Positions 13,375-27,722 of a stretch of 64,000 nucleotides of DNA are shown one piece after another (the first letter of the stretch is position 1; the number at the start of each line of letters is the position of its first letter). Both the position numbers and the translations under genes were made by a program. The notes beneath the pieces were generated by a model that saw only the letters and a program-made list of their open reading frames with translations, made no database searches and was not told where the DNA came from. This DNA is from Saccostrea echinata (Eukaryota): NCBI RefSeq assembly GCF_033153115.1, contig NW_026889757.1:5022001-5086000 (forward strand), read 5' to 3'.

Positions 13375-16300
13375 AAAGGAACTTGTGTACTTTGAATATC
13401 ACTTGTTAAATGTAATCATTTCAAGAAACTTAGTTATGGTTCTTCATTATTCAAATTATCCCTTTTTATTCGTGAAGTCTTACTCGAACGCTGTTATGCT
13501 ACTTGAGATATAATGTCCTGTACCCCACTTTTGTTTTTGTTTTTTGTTTTTATATTCCCATCCATCGTTGTTGTCACTCGACTCTGTTAATCTGACATTG
13601 ACATAGATCGAATAATCTACTATAGAAGGCAACACAGCGTGATCCTTTTCTACTTTTACAAGTCTTTCGATAGAACGATCAGAGAAACTTATTGGGCAAG
13701 ATGACTTAACAAGGAATTATCCGTGGCATACTTTAGCACCCAGCTGACCAGGGACAAAATAAAAAGTCTGATTTGGACATCTCCATAATGAACTGGCTGT
13801 TTTATTCATGGACGTGAACGGATAAATTATAACATGTAAGTATTATTGTTCAAATAGTTTTAATATATACTAATTTTCGTTGTTATATAAAGAAAATGAG
13901 ACGTTTAGATACAATTAAAACAGTAGCGTTATCTAGATTTCAAAGTAAAAGAATTTGTTTAGCATTAAACCGCAGATATAATTACCCTAAATTTGCAGTT
14001 TTCTGGGACACAAGTTATTATTCTCGATTCTTTTTTAAATGCATAAACCGGTCTACAATTGTATTCCCACGGTTCTTCTGTGGTTCATAGGAAAATTATA
14101 GTTTAAACACCCTGCCGATTGCATAATATATAAAGTAAACTTTCTGTGTAGACTCCTCTTTCACAACTTCGAAGGTTCGAGTGTTTAATTATGCATGAGA
14201 TCAGTTTTTGATTTTGACAAATAAGAAATTGGAGAGAGAAGTAAAAAAACACCTGAAGGCACAACTTGACACATTCCGGGGATAGTAAATTGATATAGAA
14301 GATAGCTATATCGTGTTCTCTAGAACTTTTATTTCACGATTTATTTGTATGCAATTTAATTAACAATTGTACAAAGGATTCTAGCTTGATTGCCTTTTTT
14401 TCTTTAAATAATTGCGATTTTGGTTACAATATCAATGCTTGAAGGATAACCATTTTTAGAGGCTGATTAACTATAGTACGATGATTTCTATTGCATATCG
14501 CGCAACTATGACATTCTATTCGAACCCTTGCAGAATGTAACAAATTTGAAAGCCGATTTGTTAAATGAAACGTATCTTCTGAATTTTAATGTCGTGTTTG
14601 ATCTGTATTATTTCTTTTTCTATTGATGAAATGAATTTACATTGTCAGTTGATATGAATTGCAGTGATTGTGGGGTTTAAAACGTACAAGCTACAAGATA
14701 TTTCCGAATTCTTACACGACCTATTTCATCTAGTCATTTAAATTGTTTTTCTATGGAATTTTGTGCAAATTCAGATAAAATTATTGACAGAGAAAACTTC
14801 ATATTAAATACCTTACTAATAACCACAATATCTGAAAGAAAATGACAGATTTTCAATACTGATCCACAATTACATTTGTAAAAAGATAAACAAGGATCGA
14901 ATCTTTCGCAAAATTTTAGAAATAATTTATGTAGATATAAATGTCCACTTTGAGTGCTTTGAGTGGTTTGGATAATCTATAATGGAAGGTCTAGCAAATT
15001 GTCCCGAGGTGTTTGTCAAAAGCGACAAGCACAAACCGGTGTAGAAATTGCAACAGAAAACTTAATCTGATAACCTTTACCAGAAGACATATAAAAATTC
15101 AAACCAGAATAAATGGCTCATGAATCCTGAATGTATTCAGTTTCTACTTTATGCATGTACCCAAGAAGAGCATAAATTAGCAATTGGTGTGGATATGATT
15201 TACACAGCGTGCAATGTTGATCTATTATTCGTATTCAGTATCACTACTTAGGATGTACATGTATAGATCTTTAAATTGTGAGTCGAATGTATAAAATATC
15301 AGGAACATGTATACAATAATACTGAATATATCAAATTCTACATAAAAAATATGTACAACACAATACCAATTATATCAAAACTCAACATAAATTATACTAA
15401 GGGGATGCATAAAGGATACTAAGCATATCAAATTCTATATTTTACAGGAAAGGTTAGAAGGTCAGACATGTTTAGCTTTCTCTTGTTTTTTCCAATAAGT
15501 TCGTGAAACAGGGAAGAGACATTATTAAGTTTTATCAAATACCCAAATAAAGTTCTGAACACTGAGTATTCAGAAGGCTAAGAGTATAGGCATGTGTTTC
15601 TCTTGGTTTTCCTATAGATGCCCTGGTTTCTGATACAGAGACATGATAAAATATGAACATTTCTGGAAGATATGATTGAGCAGGGATGACATGCAATCCC
15701 TAATGAGTTAATGTCAAACCAGTTCCAATTGATTCTTAAAGCTCTGTCAAAAATAACAAGTTGTCTGTTCGACTCTACTTCCTTCTACCATTTTCAATAA
15801 GATTAAGGCAATAAGCACTTTTTGCAGTCGTCATTATTTTCGTTTTGTTACACTGGTGTATATACATGTAGTACATGTATCTATTGCATTGTTCCCTTAT
15901 CTTACAATGTTTTTTAACATGATGATGACGATATACGTAAGGATTTGGAATGCCAAAGTATCAAGTAGAGTTGTTTTCAAAACAACATCTCTCCAAACGA
16001 ATAAAATCTATTATAAATTGAATAGCAATAAGAGCGGAGAGTATGCATAGAAACGAACGTTTATTAGAAATCCTGTTTCTACCGCATTAGCCGTTACTAT
16101 TCTTTATTTGCTGGCTAACTCTCGACTTTCACTTCTACACACAGAAAAACCAGCATCCCAGAGGACCCCTTTGTTATGTACGGTGAAATATCTTTAATTA
16201 CTCTGTTTAGGAGAACTATATCTCATTCAAGTCACAGTGATCACTTGCTGAGGCCCCTGTTTTGTATAACTTATTCGTTCATTAAAAACATTGCAATACC

Positions 16301-16683
16301 AATGAATTTGGAGAGGTCGAATAGGGACATCATCACGACAAAATTAATGAATAATCAATCAGGATTGAGAGAAATTGCTCTGTATCTTGCTTTATTGAAT
16401 CATTGGTATTAGCTTTGGGGGAAAATTACGATCCTATCTCGGCAATTCAACGTACATTGTACAGCAAAGCGCTTTGTTTCTAAAACTTGTCGCCTACATG
16501 GCTTAGTTTGCATGCACAGTAATTATAAGACAAATGTCCTAAGCATTAGAACAATTTAGTCGATTCCTCATTTCTATTTTTTTTTTTTTTTTTTTTTTTT
16601 GTCAAATTTTGTATTGATGTTAACTTTGTTTTCTAAATTTCAACATCCCTGCTATTTGTACCAGTTCAGTGATCCCTTAAACC

Positions 16684-17177
16684 AACAAGCATTCTGAGAG
16701 TATTGCATTAGCAATACTAGTCCCCTACCGGCAAGTGTAATCTGGTTCCGTTCCCGTTAAGAATTGAAAATGGCATAATTCCGTCAAAAATTAATGAAGC
16801 GGGACGAAATGCAAACTTGATCTTTAACTAATCAAGGTAAAGCCACATACCAAAAATCAGCTCAATATCTACAAGCGTTTAGAAGAAAATTGCGGAAAAC
16901 CCGTAAAAATTGAAAGGCCGTAATTCCGTCAAAAATCAACGAAGCGGAACGAAATGCAAACTTGATCTGTAACTCATCAAGATACACTCACATACCAAAA
17001 ATCAGCTCAATATCTGCAAGCGTTTAGGAAAAAAGTGCGGAAAACCAAGTGGGACAGACAGACAGAGGGACAGACAGACAGATAGACAGACAGAGGGACA
17101 GACAGACGGACAAACGGACGGACAGACTCAGAGGAAACCTATAGTCCCCTCCGGTTTCACCGGTAGGGGACTAATAA
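16684..17177 (+). mobile_element. Non-autonomous Helentron (HINE/Pearl-like), complete, 2 core repeats
   Basis: Begins AACAAG; subterminal motif tagtcccctaccgg at the 5' end and inverted in the 3' hairpin tagtcccctccggtttcaccggtaggggacta; two ~145-bp core repeats; (GACA/GGAC)n microsatellite. Confidence 0.85.
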
Positions 17178-20090
17178 GCAATCAAATGTTTCTAAAAGCT
17201 TATCAATATTTTTAGATATCTTTACAGTATTAATCAAGTATTCTTAGTGTTAATTGTTAAAGATGTTCGGTTTTTTTTCCTGGAAAGATTACCTAATAAA
17301 TTCAAATCCCCTTCGTAATTAAAACAAGACTCAGTCAAACGGTAACATTCGATTGGTTTGTCTGGTTTATTTTTCTTACTATTTTTGTATAAATTGCATA
17401 TGCACTGCCACATTGACAATTTGAGAAGCAAATTCCTTTCATCTCTTGCAATCTCCCCATTGTCCAGTTCTCATACACTCTGGCTTGTTCGTCCATATCA
17501 GACAATAGAAATCCAATGCCACTTAAGGGAGGTGTTTGTAGCAGATATCTTTCTTGGGGACACTATCCGTTCAATGATTACTAGTAACCATGGTAACATG
17601 AAATTAATAGATTAAATGATTTGGGGATCTCTTATTCTCGAGGAACTCTTGATCAAGATTTATGATAAGAAATTTTTGCAAACACTGTGATATTTATACA
17701 TCTAAACACAGCTGGGGATTTTTTTTCAGCAGTTAAAAGAAGTTAAGCTGTTTGAAGCATTTGAAAGTTGTTTGATTCTAGTTGAACATTTTAAAAATCT
17801 ATTTGGAATCTGTTGATGTAAGGTTATTTATAAAATCTGGAATTTCGGAGGAATAAATGCTCCAGATATGTTTTCTCTATAGCTTGATGGTTTATATATA
17901 TAAATGAATGGCTCAACTCTCCTATGTAAAATGAATGCGTGGCTATTTATTTGTTTGTTTTCATCATTCACTTATTTGGAGACGAAATTATAACTGAAAA
18001 TTTATATCTACTGAATTTATTTCTTTAAAAAAAAGAGAGAGAGACGACTGTATTGAACTGAGCGGTTACATACTTACACCAATTCCTATAACACGTTGAG
18101 AAATTTGTTATATATGTAAAACTGAATCTACAAATACCAAATCCCTGTCATTTTAGCTTCCTTTGCTCATATCACGTAATAATATTTTTTTTTTAATTTA
18201 CAGTCATTGAAAAAAGTAATCATATAAAATTTGTTTTATGACTTATCTGTATTCCACATGACTTGGTCAGTGCTTAAGAACATTATCAGCTATGCTTTTC
18301 TGTTGGCATAATTGTATTTCATTTAACAATAGCTGAGTAAATAGTCGGGTTTGGATGATAGCATTAATAAATAAAAATAATTACTCTTTGTAGTTGCTAC
18401 AGGAGGATAAAATCACGTTTAATTCACCTTAACAAGGGTAGGGGTTCCGCTTGTCTATTTCCGCCGGTATTGTTTAGCATGGAGATCCTAATGTAAAGGG
18501 AATTGGACTTGTAAGTGGCTCTTGATCGATTTCCCAATGACCAGGCGTTTTGGTTAAGTATACATTTTTGAGGAATTTTAACAAAAGAGTTACAAATGAT
18601 GGGTTTGAGTTTTGTCATCTGACTATCAGAGTGTATTAATTTTACTCTAAGAGTATATGATGGGGGTAACTTCTTCTTTCTGGGTTTCTGCTACAGAAGT
18701 TGGGAGAAATATTCATCACACGATTGTGACGTGAGACTTAAAAGGTTTCTCAGCAATTTCTCTCCATCAGTTGACAAACTCTTAATTGTTAATAGCGGTC
18801 TCTTAGCATTCCAACTTTCGCTCGAGATTCTCTCCCTCAAATGAATTTGACTATGGTTTATAACTGTCATTTATTTGCCGAACGGTCCTTTGAAATATTC
18901 TTTAAGATAATAGAAGAACATAACTGTAAATGTACTAAATCGAGCGACTACAAAGACAGTTTTGAAAATTTATGATAACCTGCTTGATGTGCTTGGCATT
19001 CATTTACTAATGAAAGTCACCCACTGTCACGTGTGTCGAAGACAATTTTATGAAATCCTGATAACTGACCACATAGGAAATATGACATGGCCAGATGGTT
19101 TGAGTAATGACCAGAAATGTGGACAATGGTGATATCGATTTTCCCCGATATCCTCGTCCTATCTTATCATAATTATAAAGTATTATTAAACAATAAACAC
19201 TCTTATCGCAGTATTTCTCTTGTATACTTATTCCACATATAGTCATCTTTAGACCGTTCCCTATACCATCATCACTGACCCCAACTTATATCATGCTATA
19301 TACAGTAAAGAAATTTCTTTTAAAGACAAACGTAGGTTTGTAAGATCCATCAACCTGATTTTATGATACCACACTTAGGAGCTTTTTAATCGGATTTAAA
19401 GTACCATAAACACACAACGATACGCGCTTAGACATTGCATCTTTACTTATAATGGCGGGATTATCCTCTCTACGATAGTAAACAACAGATCTATTGAAAT
19501 GAATTATACCAGGGTATTCTACCATTGATTTTAAGACTTGCAGTAAATGGCCATGGGAAATTTAAAATAAATTATACTGGAGCAGTAAATGTAAAATTTC
19601 ACTTAGTTCACGCTAGAATATTATTGAGTTTGATAGTAAAGTATTACGTTGTCGAATTTCATCAATACACATTGACAAGTAAATAAAATGTACTGTTTTA
19701 GGTCGTTCTCTGTGGAATTCGTCCCTTACACGAAATGCCAGGGCTTGTTTTATATCCCCATGAGACATCGCTTGTGTTCACTTTTAAAGACAAAGTAGGT
19801 TAAAAAAAAAATAAGATTTAGGGTGACAAATCTTTGTAGCAATGGGATTTTTGCAAGGAAAGCCCCCCCCCCCCCCTCGAATTTATGAAATTGCTGCAGT
19901 AGTGAATTGCTTTTCTCCAGTTGATGAGTTTTTTCTTTGATATGAAGTTTGCTTTACATGTACATGTATGTTGTATTTTTAATCTTAATATAAGGATTGC
20001 TTTTTCTTTTTGCCATTTATAAAGTGAATTTTAATGATCAAAGTTCCTTTGTGTTGTTTATATTATTATTTCATAAGGACTAGTCCAGGA

Positions 20091-20550
20091 ATTATTATTC
20101 CCCTTTCGAAGAAGGGAGGCGGGCATATTGCTTTGCTGCTGCCTGTAAGTCGATCGGCTGTCTAGCTGTATGTCTGTCGGTCCACCAACACTTTCCGTTC
20201 ATTTTCTTCGCAGACGTTGCACATTCTGAAATGAAATTTAGTATACAGATTTATTATAAGAATATCTAAGTCAAGATTTGTTTTGGGTGCGATTGAGCAA
20301 TTTTTGACAGAGTTATGCCCCTTGAACTTAGAAAAATTCCAATTATTTGCAGTTTCTGTTCATTTTCTTTGCAGAGGTTGCACATACTGAAATGAAAATT
20401 GGTATACAGATTTATCATAAAAATATCTAGGTCAAGTTGTGTTTTGATTACGATCGAATTATTTTTGACAGATTTATACCCCTTGGACTTAGAAAAATTC
20501 CAATTATTTAGGGGGGTGGGAGCATAAGTGTTTCACAAACATCTCTTGTT
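20091..20550 (-). mobile_element. Non-autonomous Helentron (HINE), 2 core repeats
   Basis: Minus strand starts aacaagagatgtttgtgaaacac; two ~167-bp repeats (gttcattttctt...cttagaaaaattccaattattt); degenerate GACA tract; terminal hairpin cccctttcgaagaaggg. Confidence 0.8.
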
Positions 20551-23011
20551 TAATTAAGTTTTATGTAATGAAAAAAAAAGATACTTGGCATGGGTATGTA
20601 TTTCAGTTAAAATCTGTTTATATTTACGGTAATGACTGATTTTAACTTACCGCACAAAACCCGAGCTAGGCTTTTAAGAAAATTATTTAACAATAAAAAT
20701 TGTCCTGGTTTCAGGCCATCAGGACATTGTGACACAGTATCTAACAAGGGAACACTCGGTATATAGAACCTGGTTATTAAAGTGTTTTTGAATTTGAATA
20801 AAGCAATGAATCAGATGTTTTTAAAGAATGCGTTTGAAAATGAATAATAGAAGCTCGAATACCCAGTAATTTTCTGTTATGTAATATTTTTTTCCAGCGG
20901 CTACTTTTGCAAATTAGGTAGAAATATCCCTGCAGACTTATCAAATATATTTTCAGCGGTGGTTGATTCTGGTTTCTTTCTTTCAGAAACTTAAGGTTTA
21001 TTTACTTAACCCTATTTCTTTGACATTTATCTTTTCTATCTTTTCAAAACCTGAATTACAAAGAGGCATACTCTTTCTAGAATTGCAAAGCAATAATAGC
21101 AAGTCATGTTTCTCTAAAAGGCTAATTGCATATACTGTATATGTTGCAATGTATTCTGATGCACATTAGACTTTTTTCCTCTTTGGGGCAATTTAGGTTT
21201 TTTCTTGTTTTGCAATTCCTATAATATGACTCAAGGTTGCTAATTTGTTAAAATGAAATGGGGTTTAACATTTAATTGCAAAATCGTAGTGCCAAAGACA
21301 ACAGAAATTAAGCTTGTGACAGATTACTAGTATGTTGTCACAAAAAAATGTTCTTATTGATCACAATTGGGTTGTCTGGCAATAACTCACATGCAAATGT
21401 TTAACGCCGTATCTTGGCATCTTTTTCCTTGTGCTTTGTCCGATACTTTATTGCCAAAAAATAATTATTAGGAAAATAAATCATAACGGGACATGAAATG
21501 TCCAACAGAATTAAAAATATGTTCGAACACGAAACATGTGCCTTTAATCTTTAAAGTCATCACCAATATGAAGATCAATACCCCCTCGCATTTTCTATTT
21601 TCTACAAAGTGATATTTTATGAAAGTTGTGAGATGCATGATTGATGTCAGTTTCAATTGGACTGTGCCAAAGGGACTTCCAATTATCTAAATTTAGATCG
21701 ACTGCAGGACCATAATTATTTCTTCATCAACATGGATTCATATAAGAGAAAAAGTTCACAACGGGCGCTTCATTTCTAACAAATAACTGGACAAACAAAA
21801 GAGAAAATGATAATAAACAAAAAAAATCTATACAGTATTTGCACCTTATGGACTCTTTATATGAGGGAAGTTAATCTTTTAGCTTGTATATGTAACATTG
21901 GGAAAGAGTCCAGTGGGTTATAACGCTCACCTTAGTCATACTCCTCTCTAATTGAATCTTCAAACGCTGTTCTCACTTTAGATGTTACATGTACACTTAA
22001 TACAGTTCATCTCAGTTGTGTATTACAATCTTGTTAACTATTAATATATACATTTGTGGTATCTCTCTATTATATAAACATGCAGAGAGCAAATATCTTC
22101 ATAACTGTATGAAGTTTTTCGAAGGTCATAGGTCATTACGTGACCCAATCACACAGCGCAGTAATATCTACATAAAAAGACTTACTCCACTAAGCAATAT
22201 AGCATGTTTTTCATACATAAAAATGTACAAAATACTCTAGTAAATTATAATAATCATTTTATTTACAATGTAAACGAGTATTTAATACAGTTTTTGATCG
22301 GTTTTACATAGAGAATAGAAAACTACATGTTATAAGTTCCATGTCTGAGCTGCATAGTCTCAACGTTTACCCTTATTTTTCTCGCAGACCTCTGAATGCT
22401 ATAATTTTTTTTCGTTAAACTTTACTCACAATAAATTTGAAAATCTGTTGAAAAATATCAATGTAATGCAATCACGCCACAAACAGCTGACAAACACTGC
22501 ACTTTGGAAGTTCGGTAGGCACACCTCCATCATCGAGATCGTTGTGACGTTGTCTTAACAATGTAAGCTGTCGCCAGTGTCTCCATGTCAACATCATAAA
22601 TTAATATAAATATGCCTTACTGAAATCGTAGATTTTATGGTTTTGATCAAATTTTGTACTTGATTTCAAGTTATCTGGTCCGGACAAGTGTCTCCATCCA
22701 TCCCTTTCCTACCGAAATTCCTCCAACTTTTTATTATCAAACATCGGACGTGTTTCTTGTGTTTTTTAACATCGAATATGGGTTCTCATGAATACAAAAA
22801 TTCCCAGACACCAATATGCTCACTATAATTGATCGCAAGTAGCCTTTCACAGAATATTCCCTTCAAAACAGAATCCTTTGCCAGATGAATTTGAAGCGTA
22901 ACCGCTTTTCAAGCCGATTTACACCTAGCGTAATTTGTCGAAATCTACGACGTGCGGTTAGTGCAATATTTATATTCTATTACATTCAATTGTCCATCTC
23001 AAATGTATATA

Positions 23012-23171
23012 TAAGTAATAAATAACAAGTTTAAAAACTTCAATGGGAATTGAAGTGGGTCGGTACGTGATCAAATCTTCTTAGAAGGCCTTCGGCCTTC
23101 ACAGGATTTGATCACGTGACCGACCCACTTCAATTCCCATTGAAGTTTTTAAACTTGTTATTTATTTCTTA
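23012..23171. repeat. Near-perfect 160-bp palindrome (hairpin MITE-like)
   Basis: aataaataacaagtttaaaaacttcaatgggaattgaagtgggtcggt...gaaggccttcggccttc...accgacccacttcaattcccattgaagtttttaaacttgttatttatt. Confidence 0.85.
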
Positions 23172-26100
23172 AATGACGTTTATCAGCATGATTCTATTTA
23201 GAATTTTGGGACACGATTTGTTGACAATGTTGTAATGTTTGGTAAATACACTGCATAGTGGGCAAAACAATCTATTACAAAGAAAAACACTTCGGTCTTG
23301 TTCTTTTCAAAGAGAAGCTTTGTATGCATTCTTACATTTAATTTTGTTTCTCCTGTTTTATCTTATCCTGATCCATGAAATCATGATTTTAACAAACATA
23401 ATACGAGAACTAATTCCACGAGGATGCTTGCATTTGACAAATAGTAGTCCAACTATTCTTGAGGAAAAAAGTATGTATATTATATACATGTACGTATTTA
23501 CGTTAGGTATTCATTCATTTCTCTTCACGTATCATTTGAAATAAAATAGCTAGGTTCACATCCTCATGCATTACAAACAATAAGTATCATTAACATCAGA
23601 TGATGTACGTTAAATAAGTAAAAATAAGGAAATAACCAGAGTTCGTCAATTTCCATGGGTTTGAATGTAATAAATGAATAGGCTGAATGTAAATATCAGT
23701 AAATTTCATGCTTTTAGCTCACTTGAACTGAAAACTCAAGTGTGCTTTTCTGATCACATTTTGTCCGGCGTCCGTTGTCGCATAATTTACGTTCCGGGTA
23801 ACTTAGCGTTCCGGCCGGAACGCTAAATACCTATAATATTGGTTCCGGGCTATAATAAACGTTCCGGCCCGCGTAAGTTTGGTTCCGGCCATAATAAACG
23901 TTCCGGGCATCCAAGCACCCTTTTAAAAACTTTATTTATAATTAATATTTACAAATAATTTGGATTTTTTCTTTCTCTTAACGGGTTATACGATGCAGCA
24001 GGATTTACACGTATATCGATTTAGAAGAAGTCCCAATATACGGTCTTAATACATGTACCAATACTATAATCCATGGAATTACACGTAATTATGTTGTTTC
24101 TTTGTAAACAAAAGAACGCGAAGGTGTGAAACTTGTTTACATTGATATACCCCTTCATGTTGTTTTATGACTCCCTTCTATCGATACAATGTGCATTCAT
24201 GCGAATCGCTGTATGTCACTTCCGCAATTTTAAATGAGTTTTAGGCAAAGGGCACCCCGATCAGCTGGTAATGCTAATACATGTAGATGAATTATATTTA
24301 CGATTAAAAAAATTACTGGATAATATTTTGATATCTTTATATATATTTTTTCAAACACCCATTGCGTTTTTGTAAAACCAACTATATAATTAAATCACAT
24401 TACGTGAATGAACATAATAGGAGATGTGTGGGCGACGGACTTGCAAAGGTGTGAATAAACATAAATTTCAGCGGAAAATTTATAAAGTATTTAATATGAA
24501 GAAAAGCAATTTCCTGTAATAATTCAGTAAAAAAATTTGTGGATTTTTTTTCTCGGATAAAATTTATTTTTTAAACAGTCAATGTAATGCCAGCAAAATA
24601 TGACGAACTTTAAAATTTCTAAGATCCCGATTCTAGCAAAGGTTTCAAGGTCACGGCTAAAAACTATTGAATAAAACTCAGCTCATTTTTATTTATACAG
24701 GTAAGTGCAACTTATCAGCATTTGTAATAATAATTCTGAAGAGGAAATGTAATACAGATACAGATTTGTATTTTACAATCCTGAGAAATTAATAGTATTG
24801 TTAAGCCTGCGCAAAATCCTACCCCACCCCCCCCACCCCCCCCCCACCCCCCCCCCCAACAGGGGGCAGAAAACTTAGCCCGACTGGCTAACGGAAGAGG
24901 CATAGATATAATTATATTTTACTTAACAATTTGTTGAATGTAAGTATGTATTTTAATTTCCGCTTAAATGTCCCATTTTTCGCTAAAACGTCCATTTTTC
25001 CCCGCTAAAATGTCGAACGCCGAGATTTATATACCATGTATTCAGAACTCAGTTTTCAAAAGGCATATCTGAATGATATATTATATAAATAAACGAAGTT
25101 TCAAAACAATAATTATTTGGGAAGAAGAAGAGATTATTCTGTAATTCTGTTAGAACATGTTTTCCGCTATAGAATGCAGTGGAAAATGGAAAATATCCCC
25201 CTCCCCCCGTGAAACTAAAATGCGGCGTGTAATTTTCGTCAGTTTAAAACTGCACAGCTCCATTTAAGTTAGACGAATTAGGCTTTCATCTTGTAATCTT
25301 GAAAATGAGACAGGACGTCATAATAAAATACTTAAGGAGAGTGGAATGTGTAGAATGTGTTCAAGTGAACATGCGTGGATCTAAAAATATTTCAGGGGGG
25401 GGGGGGGTGTTGAAGATGAAATGAGAGTTGTTATAATGTACGAACGAAAACTTTAACTGGGAGGGGGCAGTGGTGAAGTAGAGGATGAATACCATTTTGT
25501 TTTAAATTGCCTGCATTTTTAAAAGCTTCTATAAAAATATGTCGAGAAGTATTACTGACAGAAGACGTCTTTTTTTCAAATTTGTACAATTATTAAGTGC
25601 TCACAAGGTCCATGATCTCTGTAATTTTGGGACATATATCCATTATGCCTTTAAGTTGAGAAAAAGTTTTTTTCTTATATGATATGGTAATTCTCCATGA
25701 TATAATTATATATTACGGTTGAGTCATCTATAAAAACTACCATACAATGCCATTGTGTATTATTACATGTATGCATTGTTTGTTATTGTTGAAATGCAAT
25801 AAGATATATGTCTAAAGAAATTGATAATAATATTTTTTTAAGGCTAAAATTGAAAGATTATGTGTCAAAGACAGGGTTACATACTCACATTAAATACTGG
25901 AATTGTTTTAGATTAATAGTTAAAATCAAAGTACTGAAAGTACTGAAAGCCGGGCTTTAATATGTTCGAGTGTATTGTCTAATCCTAAATTAGTACATAT
26001 TTGAAAATCTTTCTTTCTGACCATTGATATTTAACAGGTAGAGTTTGTATGATTATAATTAACAATAACCCATCTACCAATAATTAAAATTTACGGTCCA

Positions 26101-27420
26101 GAACCCAACGTTAAGACCCCAGGATAGGACTTGGTGATATTTTTAATGAAAATACATTTATACCTTTCTAAACATTAAGCTCACAATGGTTATGCACTTT
26201 GAGTGGTTTTGCTGATTCATACAGGCACATATATAGTATCGGAGGAGCTAGGGGTGTCACCATTTTTCAAACATAAACTTTTACAATGGACAACGTACAT
26301 TGAAAGGTTGATTGACTCTTCGCAATCAAATTTAAATTGGAAGTTTCAACTCACTCTTCGTAATATAAACCAGGTATTTATCACGAGCGACGAACAGATT
26401 TACTAAAAGCAAAATGGATAGTCTAATTTTAATTAGATTGTACCCATCATTTTATTGTAGCATATTAAAAGTACGGTAATTTGGTAATGAATTAATGAAA
26501 TTCGAAATGTGAAAGTAAGTTGTAGCCCACCCCTACTCCTTCTCAAACGGAATAGGATTTTCGGGTTTGGAAATTCTCCTTTTTCTGATAATGATACTAC
26601 ATGCCTGTATTAATCAGAAAAGAAATATTCTTTATTTTTGGTCCTCTAGGAAACCAGCTGCACGAAAATTATAATTATCTAATCTTTATGACATGAATTT
26701 GAGTCTAGTTCTAGTTCCAGGTTCGGCCATAATGGTCATTGCCTGAGAAAATCATGATGTATTCAGGTCTTTATGGCTCGTACAAAGATGGCTCTTCATT
26801 CTGAACAGGAAGTTTTGAAGCAAAGACTAACCAACTTTTTCTGAAAAATTATAATGTGTTGTACTTAGATAAAGACTAATGAACATTTTTATATGTTGTT
26901 TTCTTTTAATTATATATTAACATAAACGATTTTTATTTCCCAGCACCCTTGAGAGCTTGCATGTGTTTTAAGACCAATTTTTTTTTTTTTTTTTTTTTTT
27001 TGGAATGCGCACGCACGCTCAATATACTGTAAAGCGCTTTGGGAGCACATGCGAGATGAATCCAAGGTGAGAAGTCTCGAACAAAATTTTCACATTCAAA
27101 ACATACCATTGACTTTTCACTAAAAATTTGATCTGAATTTGTAAGCATAAAAATTTTCGACGCTAAATTGATTGTTAAATGGGTATAAATAATTTATATA
27201 TTATACATAAACATATTCACATGAAATTTCTATCTTAAAGTTTACATTTTTATTTATTTATATTCCATGCTTCACAGAATATAAATCTATATCCAAGTCA
27301 TTTAAATTAATACTATTAAATTAAAATATTAACCAAATGGAATCGCATTGTTTATTTCATATTATGAAAGAAAACAAATAGTTTTGAACTTCATTTACAT
27401 CACCTTTACACAAGATCTTA

Positions 27421-27722
27421 GTCGCCCGCGTGGCGGAATGGTAAGAGCGTCTGCTCTAGAGTCGCGAAGTAAGGAGTTAATCCTTACGTCGCGGGTTCGA
27501 ATCCCACTGTGGGACGTGGAGACCGGTCCTTCCGTTGAGACCGTATAAACCGAGGGCCCGTGTCGCAATAGGTGCTTGCACGAAAAAGATCCCTCACTGC
27601 TCAATGGCCGTAAGTGCCGAGTATAGGACAAAATTTGGAGCTCTCCACCGGCAAGTGGTAGTGACTCCATATGAGTGAAAAAAATTCTCGAGAGGGACGT
27701 TAAACAACATACAAACAAACAA
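27421..27722 (+). mobile_element. Full-length tRNA-derived SINE (central domain resembles Deu/Nin)
   Basis: A box TGGCGGAATGG, B box GGTTCGAATCCC, central gagaccgtataaaccgagggcccgtgtc...aaagatccc, (CAAA)n tail, 13-bp TSD ACACAAGATCTTA at 27408-27420 and 27723-27735. Confidence 0.9.

Noticed and set aside
18424-18850. Higher-complexity stretch that looks coding on the minus strand
   Set aside because: Only short stop-interrupted frames, with no recognisable motif or consistent splice structure.
27421-27515. Amber-suppressor tRNA (ctCTAga in the anticodon position)
   Set aside because: The anticodon and acceptor stems pair poorly, and the sequence continues into a SINE body with tail and TSD.
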